NCBI RefSeq assembly: GCF_009914755.1
Contig: NC_060926.1
Direction: 5' to 3' (one strand)
Source: the human T2T-CHM13v2.0 reference genome, Homo sapiens
Length of the DNA stretch: 64,000 bases
Made by a program: the position numbers and the translations under genes. Below are positions 61,808-64,000 of this stretch, piece after piece. Position 1 is the first letter of the stretch; each line of letters begins with the position of its first letter. The notes under the pieces were generated by a model, which saw only the letters and a list, made by a program, of their open reading frames with translations, was not told where the DNA came from and ran no database searches.

Positions 61808-64000
61808 TACAAAAATACTTTTCACCAATCAAACCATAAAACAGCAACAACAAAAACAACTGTATAAGAGATGTTTTATTTTAAGTTTGTATTTTGCTTT
61901 GTATTGTTTGTTTTATTAGCAATTCCCAAAACACACATGGCCCCAGAGAATAAGAGGACCACAGCTGAGTTGCTTTTCAGACATCAGACAGCTGTCCTTG
62001 TGGATGAAAGAAACTCCTTTCCAACTTTGAAGAAAATGTCCAGGGATCGGGGAGCAGGCATGTGATATTCTTCAAGGTGCCACCAGCCTTTCTCAATAAA
62101 ACATCTCCAGTGGGAAAACATGGAACCCAGAAAGGGCTGGTGTGGGAAAAATATGACAAGGATGGCCGGCAAAGTAAACCCATGGTGAATTCAACCCTGA
62201 GAAAGCAGATTTCCTGGAGTGTGCAAGCTTTGCTTAGGCTTAGTTTTAATAAATAATAAAGAGACACAATTAAACAAACTAAAGGTGATCTTGCACCGGA
62301 TGGCTCCTTAGGATCTTTAGAACATGGCAATTCAATTTAAACGCGGAGCCCCTACTCTGCTGGACTGACAGGAAATTGAACTGTCCAGGTCATGACTCCC
62401 GTGTATGAAGTGCAGCTGTCCAGGTCACCCCTGGAACATCTTTCACAACCTTGCTGAGGGCCCTGCTAGGAACCAGGCATCTTAAGAAGCACTAGGTCAT
62501 CTGGAGGCCCTTCCCATCAGTAGTTCACATGAGCACGTCCCAGTCTGCATGGTCTCCTTGGGGTTACCCCTCTGCTATTAAATATTTTCTAGAAAAAAAA
62601 AAAAAAGACTCTTTGGCAAAGACCCAGCCTCCCTGAGGCACATACAGCGAGGGGGTACCACCAAGAAGCAGGTGACATCCTTGAGGCTTCTGGATTCACA
62701 GACCTTTTTAGTTTAGGAAAATACAGCCCTCCTCAAACCCTATTCTTCTCTGCAGGTTTATTTGAAATGAAAGCCTGGAAGTCCAGCCACAAGTCTCTCC
62801 TGAGGCTGAGACACAGAGCCAGCCAGAATGAAAAATGGAAAGGGGAAAATACAGAGAGAGAAATTAAATCAGTATCTCAAAGGTTTTCCTCTTTTTTCTA
62901 AAATGAAATTCCTTTCATTTTAGTGTTTATTTTAGAGTTGAGGCAACTGAGACATGGGCATAATGACCAAAGGCACACAACTAGTTACAAACAGTGACAC
63001 AACCAGTTACTGACACCTACTAGTTACTGACAGATACTAACAGCCAACAATAGCTGGCTCTTTCTATTATACCATGGTGCCTCTTCATTTTTTCTGATTT
63101 CCAACCTCTTTTCTATTCTAAACTGCCCTTGTTGATAGGCACTTAAGTCTCTGCACCTACAGTCTTAGACATATTTGGAAACTTCTCTTAAGCATGTTGA
63201 TCCATCCAGGGCTGAATTATCTGTGATCAAAAGAATTACTCCACCCTGGGGCATATCCAACAAGATGAAAGATTCAGAAATAAATTACATTGTGCTCCAT
63301 TCTTCCTGGCTCTCAACATCTTCCCGCATAAGAAATCAGTTTCCTGAGAGTCTCCAGGCTCCAAAAGGCCATCCTAAGGGATGAAGGCAAAGTCTCATGG
63401 GTCCAGCCACCCACCACAGACATCTCTAGGATGACTTTGGGGACCTGATTGTTCCTGTGGCAATGATGCATGTGGCCTGGGAGTTTTGGGAAAGGTAGGT
63501 TCATGAGCTATTTATGTGTAGTTAAGTGTTTGGTCTTTCTCAGCATCAGCTGGCAAGGCCATGTCCTCATCCCACTGCCTCTGAGAGTCACTGCTTAGCT
63601 GTGTCTAAGCAATGAGGGGAAGAGGGGGTGATATTGTATCTAACTTTGAGAGTAATCATTACTGTGTCAGTGTGCAAATGACAAGTTCCAGTGGGTAGTG
63701 TAGAAGGTTTTCTAGTTATTTTGTCTATTATAGGCATGGTCCAATACTTCCTCTTCCTCTTTCTTTTAATAAAGGACTGCAAGAGAACAGGATGTACTGT
63801 TATGCTTTATAATTCAGGCAGACAATACAGGTATTGGCTAACTTGATTTGCCATGATCAGCTGCCTTTTTTTTTAAGCCAATCTGGCAGAAAAGACTTGG
63901 ACTGTTGTGAGAGTTGCATCGGCCCTTCCATTGCTTTTCTGTCCAATCCATTCATTAGCAGCAGAATAGTCAAGGGACCACATTACTTTACTGTAGAACA

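Overview
Human (primate) genomic DNA, not prokaryotic. The first ~6 kb holds the last three coding exons and 3' UTR of CRIPT (+ strand; exons 621-675, 4758-4861, 5157-5221, ending ...KNYKQTSV*). From recalled genome knowledge this is 2p21, heading toward SOCS5, which is not in the window. The remaining ~58 kb is intergenic: Alu/L1-dense from 1 to 25.5 kb and 54 to 62 kb, with an Alu-poor, MIR/L2/MER5-rich middle. It contains a MER11 (HML-8) solo LTR with a 6-bp TSD, an LTR33, MER20/MER58/MER5A DNA-transposon relics, two CTCF-like motifs and candidate enhancer motif clusters. The most unusual structure is a ~240-bp, ~90% identical inverted duplication of apparently non-repeat sequence (33526-33766 / 35184-35420), whose left arm lies in a segment that splits a MIR. 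The CRIPT splice sites also suggest alternative products. Almost all supplied ORFs are Alu/L1 or chance ORFs. I found no convincing novel protein-coding system. Repeat subfamily calls and boundaries were made by eye and are approximate.
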